Shown here in pieces: positions 28,901-36,830 of a stretch of 64,000 bases of DNA (position 1 is its first letter; each line of letters begins with the position of its first letter). The notes beneath the pieces were generated by a model that was not told the origin of the DNA, searched no databases, and saw nothing but the letters and a program-made list of their open reading frames with translations. This DNA is from an uncultured bacterium (GTDB lineage Bacteria; Planctomycetota; UBA8742; UBA2392): NCBI GenBank assembly GCA_938014885.1, contig CALLQI010000004.1, forward strand, positions 94,578-158,577, read 5' to 3'. The position numbers and the translations under genes are program-made.

Positions 28901-29281
28901 GAAGGCAAACGTCGCCGAAAACCCGGTCAGGATGAAGCACCAGAAAAGCAGGCTGCCCTGCTGGCTTGCCCATAAGGCGCTGATCTTGAAGGCAAGCTCT
29001 TCGTTGTGTTCGGTGACGTGCTGGACATATCCGACGAAGAAGTAGCCGTTGAAGATGCCCACATACAGCAGCACGCAGCAGAACGCCGTCAGCGCAAACA
29101 GCGCGTACTGCGCGCGCCGTGCGGCATGGGCCAGCCGTTCATCCTTGCGCCACACGGCGGCGATACTCAGCCCCAGCGTGAACAGGATGAACAACAGGCC
29201 GAACTGCAGCGCCGCCTGCCCGGTCTGCATCAGCCGGATAGCCGAGGAAAGCTGCTCAATGGTTTCGATGCGGGCCAGCAT
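25931..29281 (-). CDS. ccmF: Cytochrome c heme lyase CcmF, unusually long (1116 aa) with an insertion of about 370 aa in the C-terminal periplasmic domain
   Basis: WWD signature WGGYWAWDPVEN, multiple TM helices, CcmF C-terminal block ...RVFYDKRTGAPRAQ...DFYFILQDVQ...GTFRFFIKPQMLMGLTGLTIIALG. The region EGTVIARPGGYAVLED...AMSLTPGM has no counterpart in typical 650-aa CcmF. Confidence 0.85.
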   Translation of the reverse strand: MLARIETIEQLSSAIRLMQTGQAALQFGLLFILFTLGLSIAAVWRKDERLAHAARRAQYALFALTAFCCVLLYVGIFNGYFFVGYVQHVTEHNEELAFKISALWASQQGSLLFWCFILTGFSATFAFTQRHNRTDRRLPWVLLVLSVVQFFFFFIITSPSDMASFFALEPSVTEAAQRSSPFALSYNWLVGATLDEDKRLLYWHGTLTVGEAMAKPGFRGPNDMIHLIQQAYLSGGENLKLAEIHRLILTDPAKLSPEVQKALIDQCYDGNGMNPALHNYWVAIHPPMLYLGFVGLTVPFAYAVGSLLAGEVGEGWLRPIRLWTMAAWGFLTIGIALGGLWAYEILGWGGYWAWDPVENASFIPWLTGTAFIHSVIVTERRGILRMWSFALIIITYCMTVIGTFLVRSGIINSVHAFGATGDVDVWFYGFLGVVLIGSLLAVVWRYPLLKPDRRLENIVSREGSFLLNNLALIAIALVTLVITFWPVITRNLYGLKEGTELGPDAFIMINIPLFLLTLILMGIGPSLAWHRNSGKQLVRAFTAPVAAAILVGVVNTIWLMRSELLIELGRDDTIANAAAAVRLCVQLTLWPICAFTFTCIVMEFFAGARARSRSTRENVAVAMLKVSLANRRRYGGYIVHIGVLLIALGIYYSSFYEAEGTVIARPGGYAVLEDKLTATRWLVVYDDNSRTEGWDAVQEIFARDPERAAVYENMLRYVRQNPDKDANALVAAQKADFDREFGDEWPPQLQQAFPRMAAALIWGANQRDRKVVYERFDSSLRIFAYTPPARLDTDAYIKAFGEAQRLAFTAPVGVASDAEAGQLLASMFVRGALGAGAQFPVEWASGRARLKAATDAEFARQSQLEGAISGLSPEKVSAIRAALNARLDEIERAFKTAAEEGVLLGAEQPEVHKMVLEQAGGQGDGQFAQTFGLDVDERDFLARRFEVMQRLEQLTVALEAHAVETRNEMVRNIVLQGAGNDESQKALTSLRPLSLAGLRMARKEAEITGMAEALTRIDAEIAVIEADAMSLTPGMRVFYDKRTGAPRAQEAIKDPAIHRRVSGDFYFILQDVQLDGTGTFRFFIKPQMLMGLTGLTIIALGTVMAFLPTMRRRRKA

Positions 29282-29301
29282 GAGCGAAAGCCTGCGTCCC
29301 G

Positions 29302-29751
29302 CTAGGGTTGGGGCGCCTGGGCCTCAGTGATTTCCTTGCCTTCGTAACGCGACGGGCACTGGGTTTGCATCTCAGTCGCCATGAAGACGCCTTTGGCGGC
29401 GTCATAGCGCCCGGTAAGTGTGACGTGGGCTGCCTTCTTGAGTCCCTGGGGCACATCGTCGCCTTCATAGATGACCATGATCTGGCGGGCGTTGGCACTT
29501 GGCTGCGCGCCCTCAGGCGGGATGTCGATGGCGGTGAAGCGCGTGGGCTTGAAGTCGTGCAGGATGTCCACGACCTGGGCCTTCACCTTCACCCGTTCAC
29601 CGTCGTAGTCGCTGCCGGTAAGCTGGCCAACGTCGCGATACTCAACGCCGCCTTCATACAGCGCAAGCGTCACCGCACCGCCGATGGCGGCCACGAACAG
29701 CAGAATCACGATCACGATCTTGACGCTCATGTAAGGCTCCGCGCCCATCAT
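29302..29751 (-). CDS. ccmE: Heme chaperone CcmE, CxxxY variant
   Basis: N-terminal TM, OB-fold region, heme-attachment segment ATEMQTQCPSRY where canonical CcmE has LAKHDENY; the His is replaced by Cys. Confidence 0.8.
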   Translation of the reverse strand: MMGAEPYMSVKIVIVILLFVAAIGGAVTLALYEGGVEYRDVGQLTGSDYDGERVKVKAQVVDILHDFKPTRFTAIDIPPEGAQPSANARQIMVIYEGDDVPQGLKKAAHVTLTGRYDAAKGVFMATEMQTQCPSRYEGKEITEAQAPQP

Positions 29752-30001
29752 GGGGCACGCAAATCGTTATAACAGGGGCAGTCACGGCCACAAGCAAAAC
29801 GCCCGGCGGCCGTGACCATGAAACGCGGCAGGCCTGTGCAAGCTTCGCCAATTCCGCCGGATGCTGCAGGAAAGTGCCCGGCGCTGTGACCTGCCGCAAA
29901 ACGCACCACTTTTCTGCCCATCCGCGGGCTTGCGGCTAAACGCTTTCGCGGCCGGGGCTTGCCTGCTATACCGGAAGGTCCGACACCGATAAGGAATCAC
30001 C

Positions 30002-31597
30002 ATGGCTAAGCGAGATATGGGCACTCGCAGCATCAAGCTGCCGGGCGGCGGCCAGCCGCCGCAGCCGCAACGTCCTTCCGGGCGCGCGCCGGCACCATCG
30101 GCGCCGAACAGCGACGTCGGCCGCGCAATGAGCGCGCTGGACGCCAACGCCGAAGTACGCGACCGCAGCCAGTTGCCCGCCAAGGTGAAGGTGATCACCC
30201 CGCAGGTGATCATGGGCATCGTGCAGAGCATCACCGACAAGTTCGGGATGGAGATCGACCGCGACGAATTTAACCAGCTGGTGCTGGCCCAGACGCAGAA
30301 CGAAATGCGCCTTCAGCAGGCCCAGGACCGGATTGAGCAATACAAGGGCGAGTACAAGAAGATCTACGACGCCTACGTGCAGTTGCAGCAGTCGATGAAA
30401 CAGTTGCAGGCCGGCGCCATGGGCAACCAGGAAATCGCCCAGCAGTACGAAGAACAAATCGCCGAGCTGCAGCAGCGCAACGCCCAGGCCGTCGACACCT
30501 ACATGTCGATCCAGCAGCAGCTGGATGAGACCACCGCAGCATATGAGCAGTTGCAGGATCAGATGCAGGCCGGCCTGTCCGAGCGCGAGCAGGACATCGC
30601 GCAGATGCAGCAGGAACTGGAAGAGCTGCGCGCCCAAGCCGGTAACTCTGCAGAGATTGAACAGCTTCGCACGCAAGTCGAATACCTCGAAGGCCAACTG
30701 GCGCAGGTTGAAAGCAGCAGCGCCCAGGCCAGCGAGGGCCTGAACCAGGAAGCCGACGCCCGCCAGGCCGCCGAGCAAGAACGCGACGAAGCCATCAGCC
30801 GCGCCAACGCCATCGAAGCCGAATTGCAGGCCCTTCAGCAGCAGCTGGAAGAAGAACGCCAGCAGGCCGAAACCATCCGCGCCGAAGCCGAACAACTGAA
30901 GCAGGAAGCCGAAAGCGCGGGCCAAAGCGCCGGTGCCGAAGTCGATGAACTCAAGCGCAAGCTGAAGGAAAGCGAACGCAGCCGCGCCAAGCTCGAGAAC
31001 ATGGAGATTGAACTCGAGAAGCTGCGCACGGCCGAAGGCGCGTGGCTTGAAGACAAGCGCCGCCTTGCCAGCCAGCTCAGCAACGAAACCAACAACCGCC
31101 GTGCCGCCGAAGAAAAGCTCAAGGCCATCGAAATGGGCGAAGTCCTGCCCGAGGCCGCCAAGGGCGCCGAAGAAAAGGCCAAAAAGGCCGAAGCCGCCGC
31201 CGCCGAAGCGCAAAAGCAGGTCGCCGAGCTCAAGAAGGAACTCGAGAAGGCCAAGGCCGGCGCAAGCAAAGCCGACAGCATGAGCGGCGAGTTGCAGCAG
31301 GCCAAGGACGCGCTGGCCAAGACCCAGGCTGAACTGAAGCAGCTTGAGGCCGACCTGGCCAAGTCAGGCAACGCGGCCAAAGAACTGGGCATGCTCAAGC
31401 GCAAGTTCGAAAACGTTGAGTCCGAACTCGAGGGCCTGCGCGCCGCCGAAGGCAAGTGGCTGGAAGAAAAGCGTCGCATGGCGGCCCAGCTCAGCAACGA
31501 AACCAACCTGCGCCGAGAGTTGGAAGACAAGTACAAATCCGAACTGAATGAAGCCCGCGCCGAAACTGAGGCCGGAAAAAAAAACTCCAGGCAGTAA
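30002..31597 (+). CDS. Coiled-coil protein, N-terminal portion (531 aa) ending just after an A9 tract
   Basis: Almost entirely heptad-like E/Q/A/L/K/R sequence. The stop TAA at 31595..31597 lies inside a hairpin immediately after the A9 run at 31576..31584. Confidence 0.6.
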   Translation: MAKRDMGTRSIKLPGGGQPPQPQRPSGRAPAPSAPNSDVGRAMSALDANAEVRDRSQLPAKVKVITPQVIMGIVQSITDKFGMEIDRDEFNQLVLAQTQNEMRLQQAQDRIEQYKGEYKKIYDAYVQLQQSMKQLQAGAMGNQEIAQQYEEQIAELQQRNAQAVDTYMSIQQQLDETTAAYEQLQDQMQAGLSEREQDIAQMQQELEELRAQAGNSAEIEQLRTQVEYLEGQLAQVESSSAQASEGLNQEADARQAAEQERDEAISRANAIEAELQALQQQLEEERQQAETIRAEAEQLKQEAESAGQSAGAEVDELKRKLKESERSRAKLENMEIELEKLRTAEGAWLEDKRRLASQLSNETNNRRAAEEKLKAIEMGEVLPEAAKGAEEKAKKAEAAAAEAQKQVAELKKELEKAKAGASKADSMSGELQQAKDALAKTQAELKQLEADLAKSGNAAKELGMLKRKFENVESELEGLRAAEGKWLEEKRRMAAQLSNETNLRRELEDKYKSELNEARAETEAGKKNSRQ

Positions 31598-31608
31598 CTG
31601 AACTGGAG
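31576..31608 (+). other. Slippery A_AAA_AAA heptamer (inside an A9 run) plus an adjacent 6-bp hairpin; candidate -1 frameshift or transcriptional slippage site
   Basis: gcc GGA AAA AAA AAC tcc ag...; CUCCAG (31585..31590) pairs with CUGGAG (31603..31608) around the in-frame stop. The -1 frame continues as KKKLQAVTELESQRDKAHRDREVSDRSLQVIEQECDSLRKQRDSLAQQLETLRAGGG..., joining ORF 31708..33933. Confidence 0.4.
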
Positions 31609-31707
31609 TCGCAGCGCGACAAAGCACACCGCGACCGCGAAGTCAGCGACCGATCACTGCAAGTCATCGAACAGGAATGTGACAGCCTTCGCAAACAGCG
31701 CGATTCG

Positions 31708-33933
31708 TTGGCGCAACAGCTTGAGACATTGCGTGCCGGTGGCGGCGAGAAAGCAGCCGAACTACAGGCCGCGCTGGCCGACGCCCAGGCCAACCTGAAG
31801 GATGCCGAGCACAAGCTGGCCGCACGTCAGGAACACGTCGCCAAGATCGCCGCCGAGTACGACGAACTGCGCAAAAAGCTCGCGGCCGCCGAAGCCGACG
31901 CAGCCGCGAAGGCCGAGCAACTGAAGGGTGCCAGCGCCGACAGCGACCGCCTGACCGCCCTGGACACGCAGTTGCACGACCAGGCCGAGGCGCTGGCCCG
32001 CGCCAAGGCCCAACTGGGCGAACGCGACGCCGAGCTTGAGAAAGCCGCAGCCGAGCAAGCCAAGCTGCGCACCGACCTTCGCACCACCGAGGCCGCGCGC
32101 GAAGCCCTTGCCCGCGAAGCCGACGAACTGCGCCGCCTGATGCAGGAAATGAACGACGCCAACCGCGCCGATGCGGAAGGCATCAACGACCGCGTAGAGG
32201 CCGTCGAGCGCCAACTGAAGGAAAAGGAAGACGCAGCCGCCCAGGCCGAGCTCGAGCGCGACGAAATTGCCGCGCAACTCAAAGACGCCCAGGCCGAAGT
32301 GCAAACCGCGCGCGCCGCCCGCGACGCCGCCCAGCAGTCCGCTGAACAAGCCGCCGAACAGGCCGAAGCCCTGCGCAAGCGCATCGGCGAACTCGAACGC
32401 AACGCCGGCCAGGCCGATGAGCTGCAGCGCCGCCTCGAAGGCCGCGACCGCCAGATTGAAGTGGCGCAGCAGCAGATCGCCGACCTGAAAGAAGAACTGA
32501 AGCTGGAAGAGGAAGAACGCAACCGGGCAGCCACCCAGTTGCAGCAGGCCCGCGACGCGGAAACCCGCGCCGTCGAACAACTGGAAGCAGCCGAGCAAGA
32601 GATCGCGGACCTGAAGGAAAAGCTGGCCGAGGCCGAACAGGCCGGAAGCTCGCAGAACGAGGCACTAGCCAGCCAGGCCGAGACCCTGCGCGAGCAGTTG
32701 AATGCGGCCCAGGACGCGGCCGAACAGGCCGGCCGCGAAGCACGCGAAGCCCGCCGCAACGCCGAGGACCTGACCGAGCGACTTGAGCAGGCACAGGCCG
32801 ACGCAGAGGCCGCCCGCGAAGCCCTGGAAAAGGCCAAAGCCGACGAAAGCGCGCTCAAGCCGCTGCGTGACGAAAACGCCGCGCTGAAGGCCCGCAACGA
32901 AGAGATCACCCGCAAACGCGACGAAGTCCTGCGCGGGCTGGAGACCGCAGTGGGCGAGCTGGACGCGCTGAAGGAAGTCATCGCCGGACGCGACGTGGAC
33001 CTGCGCACCGCCCGCGGTGAACTGGCCGAAAGCCGCGCCGAGGCTGAACAGCTTCGCAAGCAGCTTGAGGCCAAACAGGCCGAAGCCAGCGCGCTGGCCG
33101 GCAAGTCGACCGAAGGCGAACGTGAGCTGCGCAACAAACTGGAAAGCGCGACGGAAAAGCGCTTCGAAGCCGAGAAGGCGCTGGTCGAGGCCAAGGCACG
33201 CCTCGACAGCGAACAGCAGATGCGCGCCGAACAGCAGCGCCGCATTGAGCAGCTGGAAGACGCGCTGCGCCGCGAACGCGAGCAGGTGGACAAGTCCGCC
33301 CCGGCCGAGGCCCTGACGACCCTTTCAGGCCAGCTCGCCAGCGAACGCCAGAAGTGGGAACGCCTGACTGAGCAAAAGGACCGCGAAGCTGCCGAGCTGC
33401 AAAAGAAGCTGGACGAAGCCGAGTTGCGCGAGAACGAACTCGCAAGCCAGCTTGAAAGCGTGGAGCTGAGCCAGCAGGACGTAATGCGCGCCAAAGCCGT
33501 CGCAGGCCAGCGCCGCGCGCAGATCGAGCGCATGCAAAGCGACGTCGAAGGCGCACGCCGCCAGGCCAAAGAGGCCGAGACCTACTGGAAGTCAGAGATG
33601 ACCGAGTTCCAGCAAGAAGTGGCAGCACACCTTGAAGCCGCCGAAAACGGCGAAGAGGGCAGCGACGCGCGGCTGCAGAAGCTGATGGAAAAGCTGAAAG
33701 TCGGCATCGCCGACAAGTACGCCAAGCTGCGCCGCAAAGCCACCCGCACCGAAAAAGAGCTGCAGCAGACGCAGGACAAGCTGGCGGCGGTCGAGCGCGT
33801 CATGGCCAAGCGCGAAGAAGAAGAAGCGCGGCTGCGCAAACTGATCGAAGAAATGGAAGCCCGCGAGAACATCCCGGGCGCCAAGAAGCCTGAGGCGGAG
33901 CCCAAGAAGAAACCCGCGCGCAAGAAGAAGTAG
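31708..33933 (+). CDS. Coiled-coil protein, C-terminal portion (at least 741 aa); the -1 frame is open all the way back to the A9 tract
   Basis: Same E/A/Q/R/L-rich heptad composition as 30002..31597. The ORF-track start at 31708 is only a TTG; no independent SD or ATG. Ends KKPEAEPKKKPARKKK. Confidence 0.55.
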   Translation: MAQQLETLRAGGGEKAAELQAALADAQANLKDAEHKLAARQEHVAKIAAEYDELRKKLAAAEADAAAKAEQLKGASADSDRLTALDTQLHDQAEALARAKAQLGERDAELEKAAAEQAKLRTDLRTTEAAREALAREADELRRLMQEMNDANRADAEGINDRVEAVERQLKEKEDAAAQAELERDEIAAQLKDAQAEVQTARAARDAAQQSAEQAAEQAEALRKRIGELERNAGQADELQRRLEGRDRQIEVAQQQIADLKEELKLEEEERNRAATQLQQARDAETRAVEQLEAAEQEIADLKEKLAEAEQAGSSQNEALASQAETLREQLNAAQDAAEQAGREAREARRNAEDLTERLEQAQADAEAAREALEKAKADESALKPLRDENAALKARNEEITRKRDEVLRGLETAVGELDALKEVIAGRDVDLRTARGELAESRAEAEQLRKQLEAKQAEASALAGKSTEGERELRNKLESATEKRFEAEKALVEAKARLDSEQQMRAEQQRRIEQLEDALRREREQVDKSAPAEALTTLSGQLASERQKWERLTEQKDREAAELQKKLDEAELRENELASQLESVELSQQDVMRAKAVAGQRRAQIERMQSDVEGARRQAKEAETYWKSEMTEFQQEVAAHLEAAENGEEGSDARLQKLMEKLKVGIADKYAKLRRKATRTEKELQQTQDKLAAVERVMAKREEEEARLRKLIEEMEARENIPGAKKPEAEPKKKPARKKK

Positions 33934-33945
33934 GCAGTGCCGGGC

Positions 33946-34968
33946 TCAGCTTCCGGCCCAGGGGCGCTCGGCCACGGTGATCGGGACTTCGAGCTCAAGG
34001 CCCGCGCGGTTGATCGTCAGCTTTACCGTTTGGCCCGGTGCCAGCGAGTCTTCCAGCGTCAGCGCCTCGTGCATGCCATAGACTTCGACGGCGTCGATCT
34101 TGATCAGCACGTCGCCGGGCAAGACTCCGGCCACGGCGGCCGGGCTGCCGTCCACCAGCGGCCCGAACACCACGCGCAGGCGGCCGTAACCACCCGCGAA
34201 CATCTCCGTCGCCTGCTTGTAGCGCACTTCGCCGAACCAGCCGTGCGTGATCACTTCGCCCCGCAACAGCCGCAGCGCCTTCTCGCGCGCGGCCGCAGCC
34301 GGCATCGCAAAGGCCACGCCGGAATCGCCGGGGGTTTCGCGCATCGTGGTGATCAACGCGTTCAGGCCCAGCAGGCGGCCCTGCGCGTCGAAGATGCCGC
34401 CGCCGCTGTTGCCGGGGTTGGTGGGCGCGTCATGCTGGATCGCGTTCAGGTAAAGCCGCCCGGTTTCTTCGTTCAGGTAGCTGCGCTGCAGGGCGCTGAT
34501 CACGCCGTGCCCCACGCTGGGCTCACCGCCGAAGCGCGACGTGCCAAACGGGTTGCCCAGGTTCCAGACCATCGCGCCCGGGCGCGGCAACGCCGGCGCG
34601 ATCATCGCGGGGGACATGCGATCACCGATCCAGGTCTCGGCGCGGATCACGGCAAAATCGCTGACCGGGTCCGAGGCCACCAGCTGCGCGCGCACCGTGT
34701 ACCCGCCCGAAAGTAGCACCAGAATGCGCTGCGCGCCCTCCACCACATGATGCACGGTCATGATGTGGCCGGCGTTGTCCAGAATCACGCCCGAGCCAAA
34801 ACTGTCGCCGTCGCCTTGCTCAACCACCAGACCCACCACGCTGCGCAGGGCGCGCTGCAGGCCTTCTTCGGGCTTGATTGCGCCGTCGCCGGGCAGCGGC
34901 TCAACGGCGCGCGGGGCGGTCGCACAGCCCGCTAGCAGCACAAGCAGCAGCGTCGCAAGCGGCCTCAT
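33946..34968 (-). CDS. HtrA/DegP-family trypsin-like serine protease with a C-terminal PDZ domain (lipoprotein)
   Basis: Lipobox LLAGCAT; catalytic blocks TVHHVV (His), SDFAVIR (Asp), GNSGGGIFD (Ser); PDZ-like C-terminus. Confidence 0.8.
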   Translation of the reverse strand: MRPLATLLLVLLAGCATAPRAVEPLPGDGAIKPEEGLQRALRSVVGLVVEQGDGDSFGSGVILDNAGHIMTVHHVVEGAQRILVLLSGGYTVRAQLVASDPVSDFAVIRAETWIGDRMSPAMIAPALPRPGAMVWNLGNPFGTSRFGGEPSVGHGVISALQRSYLNEETGRLYLNAIQHDAPTNPGNSGGGIFDAQGRLLGLNALITTMRETPGDSGVAFAMPAAAAREKALRLLRGEVITHGWFGEVRYKQATEMFAGGYGRLRVVFGPLVDGSPAAVAGVLPGDVLIKIDAVEVYGMHEALTLEDSLAPGQTVKLTINRAGLELEVPITVAERPWAGS

Positions 34969-36110
34969 GCCTTCACCCCAAGGCCTGCGGCCAGCTCAAG
35001 GATCAGGCTGTCCAGCACCAGCAGCCCCGCGTCCGTGGCGCGCACGTGCGTCGGCGTTAGCTCCAGCAGGCCCTGCGCAACCAGGCGCGAGGCCGGCTCG
35101 GCACACAGTGTCGTGAAGCTGGCACCGGCGAACTGGTGAAAGCGTCGCAGGCTGACACCCTGCGTGAGGCGCAGGCCCATCAGCAGCAGCGTCTCGGCGC
35201 GCTCGGCGGGCGGCATCGCGGGCTCGGACACGGCGGGCAAACGGCCGGCTTCCAAAGCGTCGCAATAGGCCTTGAAGTCGCTCGGGTTGCGGTACACCTG
35301 CGCGTCAATCAGCCCGTGTGCGCCGGCACCCACGCCGTGCCAGTCGCCGAGCTGCCAGTACACGAGGTTGTGGCGGCATTCCTGGCCCATTGCTGCGAAG
35401 TTGCTGACCTCGTAGCGCGGCAGGCCCGCAGCGGCCAGCCTGTGGCCGACGTGCGTGAACATCGCGCGCTCGAGCTCCGGGTCGCAGGGTTGCACCTCGC
35501 CGCGTTCAAGTTGACGCGTCAAGGGCGTGTCGTCTTCGAATATCAGCGCATAGTAGCTGATGTGTGTGTTGCCCAACGCCAGCGCCCGGTCAATGTCGTG
35601 GTCCACCTGCGCCAGAGTCTGGCCCGGCAGCGCGAACATCAGGTCAACGCTGACGCGTTCGATACCGGCAGCGCGGGCCATGGCCACGGCGCCGGCGGCC
35701 GCATTCACATCATGCGCGCGGCCGAGGCCATGCAGGAATGCCGGGTCAAAGCTCTGCACGCCGAAGCTGGCGCGATCCACGCCCATGGCCTTCAACGCGT
35801 CGGCCTTGGCGGGCGTCAGCGTGCCCGGGTTGATCTCGCACGTGAACTCGGCGCAACTTGACAGGTCAAGATGGCGGTGCAATGCCGCCCCCAGCGTGTG
35901 CAGCTGCTCCGCCGAAAGCCGCGTGGGCGTGCCGCCGCCGATGAATACGGTGGCTGGCGAGAACCCGCGCGGGAAGCGCAGTGCCAGCTCGCGGTCCAGC
36001 GCGGCCAGATAGCGCTCGATGTCGGCGTCGCCGGCCACGCCGCTGTAGAAATCACAGTATTCGCACTTGCGTACGCAAAAGGGGATATGGATGTACAGGC
36101 TGGCGACCAT
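34965..36110 (-). CDS. hemW: Radical-SAM heme chaperone HemW (coproporphyrinogen III oxidase-like)
   Basis: CVRKCEYCDF (CxxxCxxC) cluster motif, GGGTPT, HemN-like C-terminal domain; overlaps the htrA-like gene by 4 nt. Confidence 0.85.
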   Translation of the reverse strand: MVASLYIHIPFCVRKCEYCDFYSGVAGDADIERYLAALDRELALRFPRGFSPATVFIGGGTPTRLSAEQLHTLGAALHRHLDLSSCAEFTCEINPGTLTPAKADALKAMGVDRASFGVQSFDPAFLHGLGRAHDVNAAAGAVAMARAAGIERVSVDLMFALPGQTLAQVDHDIDRALALGNTHISYYALIFEDDTPLTRQLERGEVQPCDPELERAMFTHVGHRLAAAGLPRYEVSNFAAMGQECRHNLVYWQLGDWHGVGAGAHGLIDAQVYRNPSDFKAYCDALEAGRLPAVSEPAMPPAERAETLLLMGLRLTQGVSLRRFHQFAGASFTTLCAEPASRLVAQGLLELTPTHVRATDAGLLVLDSLILELAAGLGVKA

Positions 36111-36191
36111 GGCATCACTGTAGCAGGCCGGGCCAAGGCGCGAACAGCCCGCGCCTTGCCGCTTGCCTGATGGGCCCTAACATCGCGCGCC

Positions 36192-36830
36192 ATGACGGAA
36201 GGCCCCAAACCCAGCCAGCTCAGCAAATGGCCCTTCGTGGCCGTGCTGCTGGCATCATTGGTCGCCGACATCGCGACCAAGGCCTGGGCCGACACCGTGA
36301 TCCGCCCCACCGACCCGCGCGTCACCGAAGTGATCCCCGGCTTCATTGCGTGGAAGTGGGCCGAAAACGAGGGCGCGGCCTTCAGCATCCTGCACGGCCG
36401 CCCGATGCTGCTGGCACTGATCGCGGGCACGATCCTGCTGGCGCTGTTCGTCTACGCCTGGCTGCTGGACCCGCGTCGCAAGCTGTTTCTGGTCGGGCTG
36501 GCGCTCGTGGCCTCGGGCGCGATCGGCAACCTGTACGACCGGCTGCTGCTGGGCCACGTGCGTGACTTCATTTTCTTTGACTTCGACCTGCCCGGCAAAG
36601 GCGTGAAGCTGCTGTTCTGGACAATCCCGGAACGCTGGCCGATCTTCAACGTCGCCGACATCGCCATCTTCGTAGGCGTATGCATCCTGATGGCGCTGAG
36701 TTTCAAAGCCGACAAGAAGGCCGAAAAGAAGGCAGCTACGACCGCAGAACCCAAGGCCGAACAGAAAAACGACACGCCGGCCGCAACCGAACCCAAGCCC
36801 GCCGCGGCGGAGGTCAGCCATGGCGCTTGA
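36192..36830 (+). CDS. lspA: Lipoprotein signal peptidase (signal peptidase II)
   Basis: Four TM helices, conserved NxGAAFS-like (ENEGAAFSIL) and FNVADIAI blocks. Confidence 0.9.
   Translation: MTEGPKPSQLSKWPFVAVLLASLVADIATKAWADTVIRPTDPRVTEVIPGFIAWKWAENEGAAFSILHGRPMLLALIAGTILLALFVYAWLLDPRRKLFLVGLALVASGAIGNLYDRLLLGHVRDFIFFDFDLPGKGVKLLFWTIPERWPIFNVADIAIFVGVCILMALSFKADKKAEKKAATTAEPKAEQKNDTPAATEPKPAAAEVSHGA

Noticed and set aside
31827-33569. 580-aa Ser/Ala/Arg-rich ORF on the - strand inside the coiled-coil gene
   Set aside because: Reverse-complement reading of GAG/GCC/CAG-rich coiled-coil codons gives SSA-rich artefact ORFs; no start context.
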